64,000 nucleotides of DNA, taken from assembly GCA_963805855.1 (NCBI GenBank), contig CAWDVW010000002.1:640001-704000 (forward strand). The letters are read 5' to 3'. Both the position numbers and the translations under genes were made by a program. Source of the DNA: Candidatus Dadabacteria bacterium (GTDB lineage: Bacteria > Desulfobacterota_D > UBA1144 > Nemesobacterales > CSP1-2). A model generated the notes under the pieces. It was not told the DNA's origin and ran no database searches. It was given only the letters and a program-made list of their open reading frames with translations. Shown one piece after another: positions 21,842 through 32,259 of the stretch. Every line of letters begins with the position of its first letter. Within the stretch, counting starts at the first letter, position 1.

Positions 21842-22780
21842 CTAACTTTTCTCGTCGTCTATAAAGTCCTTAACTATGAATATAGGCCTGTTTTGAATTT
21901 CTTTGTATATTCTGAAAATATATTCACCTATTATTCCAAGAAACAGTAGTTGAATTGAACCCAGAAAGTAAATACTGAGCAAAGTCGATGACCAGCCTAA
22001 CGGGGCTACTCCTGTAACCTTACTAACCACCGTGTAGATGGTTGCAATCAAAAATAGCACCACTCCTACTAAACCGGTATAAAGGCAAACCTTAATAGGG
22101 AAATCAGAAAATGAGAAAATAGCATCTAAGCCTAATTTGACTAACTTTCGGAAACCCATTTTTGCCTCGCCACCGGCTCTCTCAGGCCTGGAATAGTCGA
22201 TGTATTCTCGACTAAAACCAATAAAAGATCGCAACCCGGGCAAGTATCTGTTTTTTTCCTTAATAGATAAGAAAGCATTTAAGGCCTTTCGGTTAAACAT
22301 TGAGAAATTTCCAACATCTGCGGCTTCATCGCCTTTCGAAATAAATCTAAAAACTAAGTGAAAAACCCTTGTAAATAGATTCTTTAGAAGTTTCTCCTTC
22401 CGTTCTATTCGCCTTCCATAAACAATATCGGAGTTTGTGTTGATCAGTTTCCTGTACATTTCTGATAATAACTCTGGAGGGTCTTGCAAATCTCCATCCA
22501 TCATCGCAATGTACTCTCCCCGTGCATAACTCAAACCCGCTGTGTATGCGGCTTGGTGACCGAAATTTCTGGAAAGTTCGAGCACCTTAAACCTGTTATC
22601 TTTATTATGGCACTCAATTAATTTACTTAAACCTTTATCAGTGCTTCCGTCATCTACGCAAATAATTTCAAAGTCGTGTGTGATCCCCTCTAAGCCAACG
22701 ATACACCTTTCAAATAGTTTCTCAATCAATTCCTCCTCATTATAAATAGGGATGACGACGCTGATTTGTGTTTTGGACAT
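21842..22780 (-). CDS. GT2 bactoprenol glycosyltransferase (GtrB/ArnC-like)
   Basis: IPIYNEE, LSRNFGHQAA, DGDLQDPPE, two C-terminal TMs, GIIGEYI; ATG 22780 preferred. Confidence 0.92.
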   Translation of the reverse strand: MSKTQISVVIPIYNEEELIEKLFERCIVGLEGITHDFEIICVDDGSTDKGLSKLIECHNKDNRFKVLELSRNFGHQAAYTAGLSYARGEYIAMMDGDLQDPPELLSEMYRKLINTNSDIVYGRRIERKEKLLKNLFTRVFHLVFRFISKGDEAADVGNFSMFNRKALNAFLSIKEKNRYLPGLRSFIGFSREYIDYSRPERAGGEAKMGFRKLVKLGLDAIFSFSDFPIKVCLYTGLVGVVLFLIATIYTVVSKVTGVAPLGWSSTLLSIYFLGSIQLLFLGIIGEYIFRIYKEIQNRPIFIVKDFIDDEKS

Positions 22781-23048
22781 AAGATTTAATTTATCCGTTC
22801 GCACGGATAAAGATAGTGTAAGACACCCTCATTAGACACGATACTAATTTTAAACGGAAATGAGTAAAAGGGAATGCGAATAAATAGACGATAGGGAAAT
22901 AGAAACCACATCCGGGCGAAAGGGGTCGACATGTTCTGTGCGGCTGCAGCGATCTGGATCGTGTTGTAATTTTACCGCCCGCATTTATAATAATCGTCGA
23001 TTCCTATTGCCGCTCGGGGTTTTTATTAAATCCCGGACCGACCGTCAC

Positions 23049-24917
23049 ATGCTCTCATGTTCTCTTTTCATACTTATTTCTTTCCTGTTTGGTTTTAGCG
23101 CCACCCTTTTCCTAAAGGAAGAGTTTTTGTTAGAAGAGAGGATTTTCTACGGAGCCCTAATCGGCTTCGTTGCCTGCACCTGGATTGGCTATCTTGAGTC
23201 GATATTCTTCGGCCTGGATTTAAACACACTTATATTTACCTCTGCTGTTCTACTCATATTAACTTTGATAATCCTTATCCTTAATCGCACCCTTGTCATT
23301 GAGCAGATTGCGACCCGTAGTCTTAACAACATTTCAAAATCTGAGGTGCTTCTCCATATTACCGTTGTAGGTCTCATCCTTTATCCAGTCCTTTTTTTCC
23401 TATTTAGTAGGGTGATAATATCGAAGGAGGATGGAATCTATACCGGGCTTGTGTACAATTTCGGAGACCTACCTTACCACTGGAGCATGATTAACTCTTT
23501 CCTTTACGGTGACAATTTACCACCGGAAACGCCGTTTTATAGCGGTTATCCCCTTCGTTATTATTTTATGTCTGATTTTTTCACAGCTCTTCTTATGAAA
23601 TCCGGCATGGGTCTATGGGGTGCTTTTACCTTTCAGGGTATGGTTCTGAGCGTGGTCCTCGTCGCAATATTATGTCTATTCACTTATCGCCTTACCGGGA
23701 ACAAAATTGCCGCGTCTCTTAGTCCGTTTCTTTTCTTCTTCAACGGGGGGCTAGGATTTATACAGTTTCTCAGAGAATTGTTCTCCTACAAAGAAAATCA
23801 CATGAACATATTCACCTCTCTTAAAGACTATACCAATATTGGACACCTGGGTTATCGTTGGATAAATACCACGACCTCCCTTCTCGTTACTCAAAGGCCA
23901 TTTCTATTCGGTTTTCCAATGTCGATTATGGTTCTCACATTGCTATGGCGAGGGATAAAAGAGCCAAAGAGGGGTTACTTTCTAATGGCGGGCGTTATTG
24001 CAGGTGCGCTGCCTTATTTTCATACCCCCAGCTACCTTTCCCTAGGGATAATAAGCGGAGTATTACTGCTTCTTTTTCCCTCCCTCAAATGGCTTTGGTT
24101 TTTTATTCCAGCGGGTTCGTTGGCGCTTCCTCAGGCATATTATCTCATGCCCAAGGGAGAAAGTGCCGGGCATTTTTTTACGATCCATCTGGGATGGATG
24201 GCGAACGAAGACAACGTCTTCTTGTTTTATCTGAAAAATACAGGCCTATTAATCCCGATTCTCTTAGGAACGCTTATATTCACTCGAAGCCTCTCGCTCT
24301 CTCAAAAGAAATTCGCTGTTCCCTTCATAGTCATATTCTTGGTCGCAAATCTCATTCAATTTACTCCATGGGATTGGGATAACGTGAAGATATTAATATA
24401 TTTTTACATCGGATCAATCCCTTTTGTGGCTTATGGATTAGCCCTTCTCTGGAATAATACTTACAAGATAATCCCGATTCTCCTCGGCCTTACGCTTGTT
24501 CTCTCCGGAATCACAAGTGTCGTGAGTACTAGCGTGCATTATTATTCGGAAAATAATAAAGAAGAAATAGATTTGGCCGAAACCATAAAGAAGATAACTG
24601 GGCCGCACGACGTATTTCTTACAGCACCCATTCATAACCATCTTGTCTTTCTTGCGGGCCGAATCGTCGTTCACGGCTACGCAGGACATCTATGGAGCTG
24701 GGGAATTAATTCTAGTTCAAGAATGAAAGATGTAAGAGAAATGTACAAGGGACGCGAATATGAAAGTACAAAAAAACTCCTCGATAGATACGGGGTAGAC
24801 TATGTAGTAATCGGACCCCCTGAGGAGAGGGAGCTGAATGCAAATTTAGAATTTTATCTGAAAAATTTCCCGATCCTTGTTACCTCTGAGAATTATCATA
24901 TATTTAGGGTAAAATAA
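23049..24917 (+). CDS. Large polytopic membrane protein, probable GT-C glycosyltransferase
   Basis: GDLPYH, P...G.PLRYYF, QRPFLFG, PWDWDNVK motifs; C-terminal soluble domain with YGVDYVVIGPPE. Confidence 0.65.
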   Translation: MLSCSLFILISFLFGFSATLFLKEEFLLEERIFYGALIGFVACTWIGYLESIFFGLDLNTLIFTSAVLLILTLIILILNRTLVIEQIATRSLNNISKSEVLLHITVVGLILYPVLFFLFSRVIISKEDGIYTGLVYNFGDLPYHWSMINSFLYGDNLPPETPFYSGYPLRYYFMSDFFTALLMKSGMGLWGAFTFQGMVLSVVLVAILCLFTYRLTGNKIAASLSPFLFFFNGGLGFIQFLRELFSYKENHMNIFTSLKDYTNIGHLGYRWINTTTSLLVTQRPFLFGFPMSIMVLTLLWRGIKEPKRGYFLMAGVIAGALPYFHTPSYLSLGIISGVLLLLFPSLKWLWFFIPAGSLALPQAYYLMPKGESAGHFFTIHLGWMANEDNVFLFYLKNTGLLIPILLGTLIFTRSLSLSQKKFAVPFIVIFLVANLIQFTPWDWDNVKILIYFYIGSIPFVAYGLALLWNNTYKIIPILLGLTLVLSGITSVVSTSVHYYSENNKEEIDLAETIKKITGPHDVFLTAPIHNHLVFLAGRIVVHGYAGHLWSWGINSSSRMKDVREMYKGREYESTKKLLDRYGVDYVVIGPPEERELNANLEFYLKNFPILVTSENYHIFRVK

Positions 24918-25015
24918 ATCGCTCTCCCGCTTGCTCCAACCTAAAACAGCCTAAGCAGGCAATCCGTATGGCCATTTATTACAGCTAATTATCGTCCAGA
25001 CATGTGGCCGCCAAC

Positions 25016-25642
25016 CTATTTGAAAACGATAAATTTATATCCCACGAATGTCCACGAGATCGTAAAGACCAGAGACACGAACGCACCAAAGTTGGCCCAA
25101 AGTGTGGGTGAAATGCCGGGAAGCGGTTTTAAAAAATTTACGATAAAAGATGCAATTGCAACATTGATAAGAAAAGCACTGCCGCTTACCGCCAAGAATT
25201 TGATAAATTCCCTTTCCCATTGATCGGATCTATTGTTTTCAAACGTCCAAAACTTATTCCAAAGGTAACTATTTGTGACAGCCAATAGGAACGATATTCC
25301 CTTAAAAACAGAAAATAAGATTCCCCTGTCGGTGCTGGAGACATACATGAGAAAATTAAGCACGCCAAAATCTATAGCCGTATTTGAGAATCCAATGATT
25401 ATAAATTTCCCAAACTGGTAAAAGGTAGGCCATTTTCTCCCAAGATTATACGATATGATAATCCAGGAGATTATAAGAATCGGCATTATGATTATTATCA
25501 ACCACAGTGACTTTAAAAGAAAATGGGGCAATGGTATCACATATTCGAGGTTCTTGAGGACTGCAAAGCTAAAGATTGCAATAATAATCCCTAATATGAT
25601 TCCGCTTATAATATCTGTTTTTCTCAACGCGATGGTTACCAT
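25016..25642 (-). CDS. GtrA-family lipid-linked sugar flippase
   Basis: QFGKFIIIG..NTAIDFG, NSYLWNKFWTF, GYKFIVFK. Confidence 0.9.
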   Translation of the reverse strand: MVTIALRKTDIISGIILGIIIAIFSFAVLKNLEYVIPLPHFLLKSLWLIIIIMPILIISWIIISYNLGRKWPTFYQFGKFIIIGFSNTAIDFGVLNFLMYVSSTDRGILFSVFKGISFLLAVTNSYLWNKFWTFENNRSDQWEREFIKFLAVSGSAFLINVAIASFIVNFLKPLPGISPTLWANFGAFVSLVFTISWTFVGYKFIVFK

Positions 25643-25730
25643 GAGTTATCTTCTATAGGTTAGGAAAATATAGCCCAAGTCATTCTAATGTATCAGATGC
25701 TGCCTTATGCGTGTCAATATAAATTAAATA

Positions 25731-27038
25731 TCACCTCCACCCGCTGAGCCAGAAGTAACGACCAAGCGAGTCATCAGGTATCGGGACAGCCGCTAAGATA
25801 GGATAGAAGTAAACAAATGTACCAGCAGCTATAAAGAGGTACAACAGAACAAGGTATTTTCCGCTTTGGAATCTCTCCCAGATCAAGTCCAGGAAGTAAG
25901 CGATAACGAGCACAACAAACACGAAAGAGGGAAGAAAATGGTATAGAAACGTTACCTTCCTTGGAGACAATGCCCACGGGAGCCAGTAGGCTAATACACT
26001 CAAGACTGCAAACGCGAGTGCTGGCAGTTCCTTACGTATCACCTGAACGATACCAACAAATAAAAAGAGGCAACCAGTCCACCATATAAACGGGTTTCCC
26101 AGTGCATATATATACCTGTGCTTATCCTCGTATTCTCCGAGATATAAAAACACCGTTCTTAGAAGAATAGGCCACTCCCACCACTGAGACTGATAAGGAT
26201 GTGATTGTGTTATACTTTTGTGATACCAGAACATGCCTTCCTGTAAAGTGATAAAATCCGACAGGCCATGACCATAAAGAAAGTACGGCAGATATGTCGC
26301 AACATAAACAATGAGAGGTATGACTATAAACCCAAGAAGCAATGTTTTGAGTAATTTCAAAGTTGGCACCATATATGATTCGCCTGATTTTTTATCGCTA
26401 TGAACCTCTGTGTAGTACATCACGACGAGAGCGACAGCGGCCAAAAACTCCGTCACATATACACCACTCCACTTCACAGACATGGACAATCCGCAAAAAA
26501 ACCCAGAAACGTATATAAACTTATTACTTCGTGTCTTTGCGTACTTTATCACAAACAGTGATGCGAGGAGAATGAAATTCATCAAGAATACATCAACCAT
26601 AGTAATCCGACTCAATACAAATATGAACGAATCGAACGTGTATAAAAACGCAGCGAATACACCAGCCCTCTTGCTCTGAAAAAGCTCCTTACCTACAATG
26701 TAAATAACTATGGTCCCAAGTCCGCCAAACAGCGCCTGAAAAAACCGCCATCCGAATGTACGATCCCCGAAAATCAAGATACCCAATGCGCTGAGCTCCT
26801 TACCAAGAGGCGGGTGAGACCACTCAAAGGCAAACCCTTCCGGTGCCTTAGCACCCATCTCCCAGCTATCACTATTCCCCTTTGCCACCTCCTGTGCGGT
26901 AAATGCAAAGTAAACCTCGTCGAACATGTAACTATCTGGGTCATCAAGCCCGTAAAACTTGAGTCCGAGACTGATTACAACCAGAAAAACAGCAATTACT
27001 TCATAAATGTCTACCTTTAATAAGCGACTTAGCAACAA
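25731..27038 (-). CDS. Protein O-mannosyltransferase-like (PMT/GT39)
   Basis: MFDEVYF, HPPLGK, FGWRF, SRITMVD, VKWSG, HPYQSQWWEWP, GNPFIWW, FLYHFLP motifs. Confidence 0.9.
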   Translation of the reverse strand: MLLSRLLKVDIYEVIAVFLVVISLGLKFYGLDDPDSYMFDEVYFAFTAQEVAKGNSDSWEMGAKAPEGFAFEWSHPPLGKELSALGILIFGDRTFGWRFFQALFGGLGTIVIYIVGKELFQSKRAGVFAAFLYTFDSFIFVLSRITMVDVFLMNFILLASLFVIKYAKTRSNKFIYVSGFFCGLSMSVKWSGVYVTEFLAAVALVVMYYTEVHSDKKSGESYMVPTLKLLKTLLLGFIVIPLIVYVATYLPYFLYGHGLSDFITLQEGMFWYHKSITQSHPYQSQWWEWPILLRTVFLYLGEYEDKHRYIYALGNPFIWWTGCLFLFVGIVQVIRKELPALAFAVLSVLAYWLPWALSPRKVTFLYHFLPSFVFVVLVIAYFLDLIWERFQSGKYLVLLYLFIAAGTFVYFYPILAAVPIPDDSLGRYFWLSGWR

Positions 27039-27044
27039 GCGAGA

Positions 27045-27266
27045 CTATCCCCCTTTTTCAACAAAAGCTTTTGTAAATGAAAACCCCGAGTGAAGATGCC
27101 ATTCATTGGCACGCGTGATAAGAAGAAGCCCAAACAGAAAGAGTGCTACACCATAATAAATTGAAAAATTAATCTCTTTGAATTCTTCTTCTTTCCTAAT
27201 AACAGCAAAACTAAACAATAGTCCAACAATCAGCACGCATATAAATGCGAAGAGTATGAGAACCAT
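27045..27266 (-). CDS. Small 2-TM protein, in frame with and possibly the N-terminus of the PMT gene (separated by one TAG)
   Basis: Same reading frame as 25731-27038: ...GAA AAA GGG GGA TAG TCT CGC TTG... Confidence 0.55.
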   Translation of the reverse strand: MVLILFAFICVLIVGLLFSFAVIRKEEEFKEINFSIYYGVALFLFGLLLITRANEWHLHSGFSFTKAFVEKGG

Positions 27267-27292
27267 TATATAGTACACTATTTCCCAAGATT

Positions 27293-28003
27293 CTACTTCC
27301 CATCATCCCTGATATCATTCCTGAGGTTCCAACATTCCCTGAACATCCTCAGTATAACCCCGAGATTAGCACCAGTCTGCTTACCAAATAAGCGAGGATA
27401 GTGACTCACAGGGATCTCCTTAATTCTGATATCATTCCTTATGAGCTTGATCAGAAGCTCGGCGCTAAACAGTGCGCCACCTGATTTTATGGGCCTTATT
27501 TTCTCATATGCGGCCCTTGGGAAGATCTTAAATGCGCAGTCAATATCTTTCGCACTCAGACCAAAAATAATCCGAATATAAGCATGGTAAAGCCAGGCAT
27601 TAAGGGTTCTTACAAAAGAGTCGGCCCTTTTCTCTCGATACCCTATGACCGCTACGGAATCCTCTAAGGAAGGCAGAAAATGGTCTAGTTCTCTGATGTC
27701 GAACTGGCCGTCGCTGTCCATCAAGAATATGTAATCAAAAGAAGCCCTGTCAAATCCACTACGAAGAGCCGAGCCATACCCCTGATTCTCTGGATGATTT
27801 ACGAGAATAATTCTCGGATTGGAAGAAGAAAGGCCTCGTACGATATCTCCTGTTCTGTCAGAAGATCCATCATTTACCACTATGATCTCATATTTTATAA
27901 ATTTATGTTGTAGGTAAGAAATAGACTCAGTAACCGTTTTCTCAATATTCCCCTCTTCATTATAGGCAGGGAGAATTACTGAAAGGGAAGAGATTGTTTT
28001 CAT
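27293..28003 (-). CDS. GT2 Dpm1-like glycosyltransferase
   Basis: LPAYNEE, VNDGSSD, NQGYG.AL..G, DSDGQFD, DIDCAFK. Confidence 0.9.
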   Translation of the reverse strand: MKTISSLSVILPAYNEEGNIEKTVTESISYLQHKFIKYEIIVVNDGSSDRTGDIVRGLSSSNPRIILVNHPENQGYGSALRSGFDRASFDYIFLMDSDGQFDIRELDHFLPSLEDSVAVIGYREKRADSFVRTLNAWLYHAYIRIIFGLSAKDIDCAFKIFPRAAYEKIRPIKSGGALFSAELLIKLIRNDIRIKEIPVSHYPRLFGKQTGANLGVILRMFRECWNLRNDIRDDGK

Positions 28004-28073
28004 TGAATATTGTCATTATTGTCCATAATCATAAATGCTAAAATGAATGAATTCTATCGATTCATTGAAGGTC

Positions 28074-29595
28074 CTAAACATTAATTTCTTCTAAATCACA
28101 CCCCTCTTCTGAAAGCTTAAGCACCTTTCCACCATCAACGTTAACACCATTAAAAGAGCATTGCTTCCCGCTGGTCCACTTTACTAAGATATCGACTCTC
28201 TTTTCTTTTCCCAACCCGAAATGCAGAGGGAGCATGTCCTGTTCACAACATCCCCTTCCACCCGATACCTCCCTGATCTGAATACCACTTGATGTGCGAA
28301 GCTCAACCCTTGTTCCTATAGCAGAGGTATTTGTAAGTGACCCGTCTCCTCTGAGTTTTAGTATGAGATAATTTGCATTGTTCCCACTGCTTTTCATAAG
28401 CGCCGTACCAATATGACCAGTCAAAAATACATCCATGGATCCGTCATTATTAAAATCTCCCCAAGTAGCAGCGAATGCATCAATTGGAGAGTCTACTCCC
28501 ACCTGCGGAGCAACATCTTCAAATTTTCCTTTCCCTAAATTTCTATATAACTTAGAGGGGTTGAGATGGTTAGTTGTGAAGATATCTATTCTGCCATCTG
28601 CATCGAAGTCGACCCAGGAGCAAGTTCTGCCATCTCCGATATCTTGAGTCCCGGTTTCAGTTGTTACATCGGTGAACGTGCCGTCGCCGTTATTCCTGTA
28701 TAAGGCTTTTCGAGGGGAATTTATATTACTAAGATATAAATCTAAAAAACCATCATTGTCATAGTCGCCCACGCACGCCGCATTGGAACGCCAGCCAGGA
28801 TCACCTCCTAGCCCTGACGAATCCGTAATATCCGAAAAGGTTCCATCCCCGTCATTCTTATACAATGTATTCAATCCGTCATTTGCGAGGAACAGATCCT
28901 GAAAACCATCGTTATTAAAATCAAACCATACGGCGGACCTGGTAAAAAAGGAGTTTCCGAGGCCAGCTTCATCTGAGACCTCAGCGAACGTACCATCACC
29001 CTGATTCTTATAAAGGAAAGACCCTTTGGGCTTGGCCTGAAATATGTCCAGAAAACCATCTCCTGTCATAATCGATCCACATGGCGTGAGAAACTCCACC
29101 TTGCTTGGTAACGCCAGCCTTTGTTGACTCGTCAACAAATGCACCGCCTCCTAGATTCTTATAAAGTATGGGAGGGGCATTACCCATAGCCGTTCCCACT
29201 ATTAAATCTAATCGATTATCGTTATTGTAATCACCCCAAGCCACAGTTAGTGCGGCTTGATTCACAATTTCTGACCCCTCCGTGATGTCAGTAAAAGTCA
29301 ACCCGTCATTTCTATAGAGAAAAACATTTTTTGCATCTTTGCTTCTTAACTCCGCGTTTGCAACTATCAAATCCAACAGGTCATCATTGTTAACATCGGC
29401 CCAAGCGCCTGACTGCCCAAACACGGCACTACTTTTTATACCGACTCGGTTCGTGACATCCGAAAATAACGGTAATGAAGTAACTCCATCTGATCCCGAG
29501 GAGCCATCATTGCTGGATTCATTCGTACAGGATGAAAAAAGAAAAATTATACATACAAGTGCTGTGCAGAAAAAGTATGATCTCGAATGAAACAA
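28074..29595 (-). CDS. FG-GAP/VCBS repeat plus ASPIC-UnbV (CRTAC1-like) lipoprotein, frameshifted near 29062
   Basis: Lipobox FSSC; repeated D.NNDG.LD and LY.N.GDGTF motifs; AIGTRV and LHFGLG. The two ORFs join as WIDYD-x-DGFLDIF if one base is removed. Confidence 0.88.
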
Positions 29596-29602
29596 AGGGA
29601 AT

Positions 29603-31249
29603 TCAACCTTTCCTCAGTTTTTCTACGAATAAATCCGCTGCTCTCAAACTCAGCGATTCTATTGTAAGTGAGGGCCCTTCGCCTCCACCAGAAGTGGGGA
29701 AAACGCTCGCATCAGTAATAAGAAGATTTTGAACCTCATGACTCCTGAGATCAGGGCCTACAACAGATTTCTCTGGATCATTTCCCATTCTAGCAGTCCC
29801 AAACACATGTGTTGCAGAAAAAAAATCGTACGTGGAAAATTCTTCTACGATTTCCCCAGCGCCAGAATCCTTTAGGATTTCTTTTGAGGTTTTGGAAATA
29901 AATTCGAGAGTCTTTAGCTCAGGCTCTCCCAAAAATGATTGAATCTTAGCCACAGGCACCCCATAACGATCTTTTTCGTTTTCGCTAACCTTCACAAATG
30001 TATCTTTATTAGGAAAAAATTCACCAATTCCACCTACAGCGATGGCATGGCCAAACCATTTTTGCACTTCCTTGATAAAATCATCTCCCCATCCGCTCAT
30101 GTAACGTGTCGCATAGTCTACAGGCCCCACAGCAGAACCTGCGGTGGGGAATAGCCTCAATCCCCCAGGAAATCCTCGTTTCGGGTCCGGCTCATTCCAA
30201 TCCCAGATAACGCTATCAATGGGTATGCCCCTATAAGAGTCGAGCCTTTTAGGATATAATGCCGCAGCCAGGTAATATAATGTTTCCATGAAGTTCTTCC
30301 CAACTTGCCCATTCTGGTTGATTTCGGAGTTTAGCAGAAGCCGTGGCGTTTCTACCGCCCCACACGCAACAGCTATATAATCCGCTTGAATGAATTGCTC
30401 GTTACCCTCTTTGTCGAAGTAAAAGACCCCTTTCGCTTTTCTTAAGCCACCCTTATTTTCAACTTCAATTCTGCTTGCAAAAGCGCTCGTAAGAATATCG
30501 CAGTTCCCGGTTTCTTCAATTAACGGGATGAACGTGACGTCTACACTACCCTTGTCCTTTCTGGGACAACCCCACGAGCATCCATTACAATAATTGCAGG
30601 GAGGTGCATCCCGATATGGACGGGACAGTATAGCAACCGAATTTGGGGTGAGTTTAAAGCCCAGTTTCTTGCACGATTTCTCAATGATTTGACTTGCGAA
30701 ACTAAGCTTATGGGGTGGCAGGGGGTAGGGATTTTTCCTTGGCCGGTACGGAATGTCGTTAGGACCAGCAACACCCACGATTTTTTCAACCTCCGAGTAA
30801 TAAGGCTCCAAATCATTGTAGTCAATGGGCCAATCCTCTCCCACACCAAACAGGGTTTTCATGCGAAAAGCGCTAGAATTCAATCGCTGGGATTCTCCCT
30901 GAAAATGAAGGGTCGATCCACCCACGCCAACAACATGACTGTACTGATAATACTGTCTGAATTTGGACAGGTTTAGTGCACCTGATGCTTTGTTCCATGA
31001 TCTAAGATTCTCATATTTTTTGTCAAGGGGTTGCTTCTCACCAAAAGAATCTTCCATCCTGTCACGAATGGGGAATCCTACTATTTCCCAATCATCCTTG
31101 TCTAATGGATAATCCTTATAAGGGTCATACCTGGTTCCAGCCTCCAAAATTGCTACACTGAGCCCACTCTTTGCAAGTTTCCATGCGAAAGGGGCACCTC
31201 CCGGACCAGATCCAATTACGATGCAGTCATATTTCTTATCTTGTTTCAT
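29603..31249 (-). CDS. GMC family FAD oxidoreductase (gluconate 2-dehydrogenase large-subunit-like)
   Basis: IGSGPGG, GVGGSTLH, CNYCNGCSWGCP cysteine cluster, HVFGTARMG, DASVFPT. No signal peptide. Confidence 0.93.
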   Translation of the reverse strand: MKQDKKYDCIVIGSGPGGAPFAWKLAKSGLSVAILEAGTRYDPYKDYPLDKDDWEIVGFPIRDRMEDSFGEKQPLDKKYENLRSWNKASGALNLSKFRQYYQYSHVVGVGGSTLHFQGESQRLNSSAFRMKTLFGVGEDWPIDYNDLEPYYSEVEKIVGVAGPNDIPYRPRKNPYPLPPHKLSFASQIIEKSCKKLGFKLTPNSVAILSRPYRDAPPCNYCNGCSWGCPRKDKGSVDVTFIPLIEETGNCDILTSAFASRIEVENKGGLRKAKGVFYFDKEGNEQFIQADYIAVACGAVETPRLLLNSEINQNGQVGKNFMETLYYLAAALYPKRLDSYRGIPIDSVIWDWNEPDPKRGFPGGLRLFPTAGSAVGPVDYATRYMSGWGDDFIKEVQKWFGHAIAVGGIGEFFPNKDTFVKVSENEKDRYGVPVAKIQSFLGEPELKTLEFISKTSKEILKDSGAGEIVEEFSTYDFFSATHVFGTARMGNDPEKSVVGPDLRSHEVQNLLITDASVFPTSGGGEGPSLTIESLSLRAADLFVEKLRKG

Positions 31250-31355
31250 CGAGATAAATTAAGCCTGTTAATATAAACAATGTATTGAGTTGTGTCAATT
31301 TAGCTGTTATCTTATTGCCCTAGCACAATAATCAAATAATCGGAGGAATATCTAC

Positions 31356-32165
31356 ATGAGCATATTAGCTATTTTACTGGCACTATTAACCTTAATTCCT
31401 TTTAATCTTGGATGCGAAAAACAAAAAGAGGAAAAGGTCACCCCTTCGCCATCTCCAGTTACACAAACCCCTACATCAAAAGAATCTGTAGCCAAGGAAA
31501 AGCAAATAATCGCAAGAATTAACGGAACACCCATTTATAAAGAAGACTTAAGAGGAAGACGGCTAAATGACGCTATAATGAACGAAATCTTTTACCAGGA
31601 GGGATTGAGAAAGGGAGTAGATAAAAGTGTCGAAGATAAGGTAGAGCAGTACAAGAGGGAATTAGTGACAGGAATTGTAAGACAGGAATATTTAGAAACG
31701 CTTCCTGACCTAAAAAAGGTAAGTGATGAAGAAATAGAAAGTTACTACAAGGATAGACTACAAGAATATGAGTACGTTCGCATTCAGGAGGTTACCGTTA
31801 CAGATAAGAAAGTTGCCGAAGATATAATGAAGAGAGCAAAAATGGGCGAAGATTTAGCAAAAATAGCGCAAGAATTGTCAGTACCGATCAAAACAACCGG
31901 CATTAGATCCAATCAGTTAGCGAAAAAAAATATTTTTAGTACAACTGAAGTCGGGTCTTTGAGCGATATTGTAAAAGATGGCGGCGCCTATAAGATTTTT
32001 AGAATCATAGCGATAGGCAACTATCCTCTTGGTCAGTTCAAGAGCGTGATAATACATAATGTTAGAAGTCAGAAAAGGTCTCAAGCACTTCAGGAATACA
32101 TGGATCAGATTATAAAAGAAAATAATATCAAAGTAGAGACTTTGGTTGATAAAGATGGAAAGTGA
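31356..32165 (+). CDS. SurA_N/PpiC-like foldase lipoprotein
   Basis: Lipobox NLGC; IARING..I, VSDEEIE.YY, GEDLAKIA, VGSLSDIV. Catalytic rotamase motifs degenerate. Confidence 0.7.
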   Translation: MSILAILLALLTLIPFNLGCEKQKEEKVTPSPSPVTQTPTSKESVAKEKQIIARINGTPIYKEDLRGRRLNDAIMNEIFYQEGLRKGVDKSVEDKVEQYKRELVTGIVRQEYLETLPDLKKVSDEEIESYYKDRLQEYEYVRIQEVTVTDKKVAEDIMKRAKMGEDLAKIAQELSVPIKTTGIRSNQLAKKNIFSTTEVGSLSDIVKDGGAYKIFRIIAIGNYPLGQFKSVIIHNVRSQKRSQALQEYMDQIIKENNIKVETLVDKDGK

Positions 32166-32215
32166 TTTAACTGTGTTAAATTACAATGAATAATTCTGCA
32201 GCAAGCTGCAGGGGG

Positions 32216-32238
32216 TATCAGCACATAAACAAACAGTC
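32216..32238 (+). repeat. 23-bp direct repeat, copy 1
   Basis: TATCAGCACATAAACAAACAGTC, identical to 34168-34190. Confidence 0.85.
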
Positions 32239-32259
32239 TCTTCACTCACTGGCTTTTTT

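Noticed and set aside
27045-27047. Pyrrolysine or genome-wide TAG recoding
   Set aside because: Many intact genes here (e.g. tyrS, nadE, leuB, gcvH) end in TAG at expected positions, and no pyl genes are in the window.
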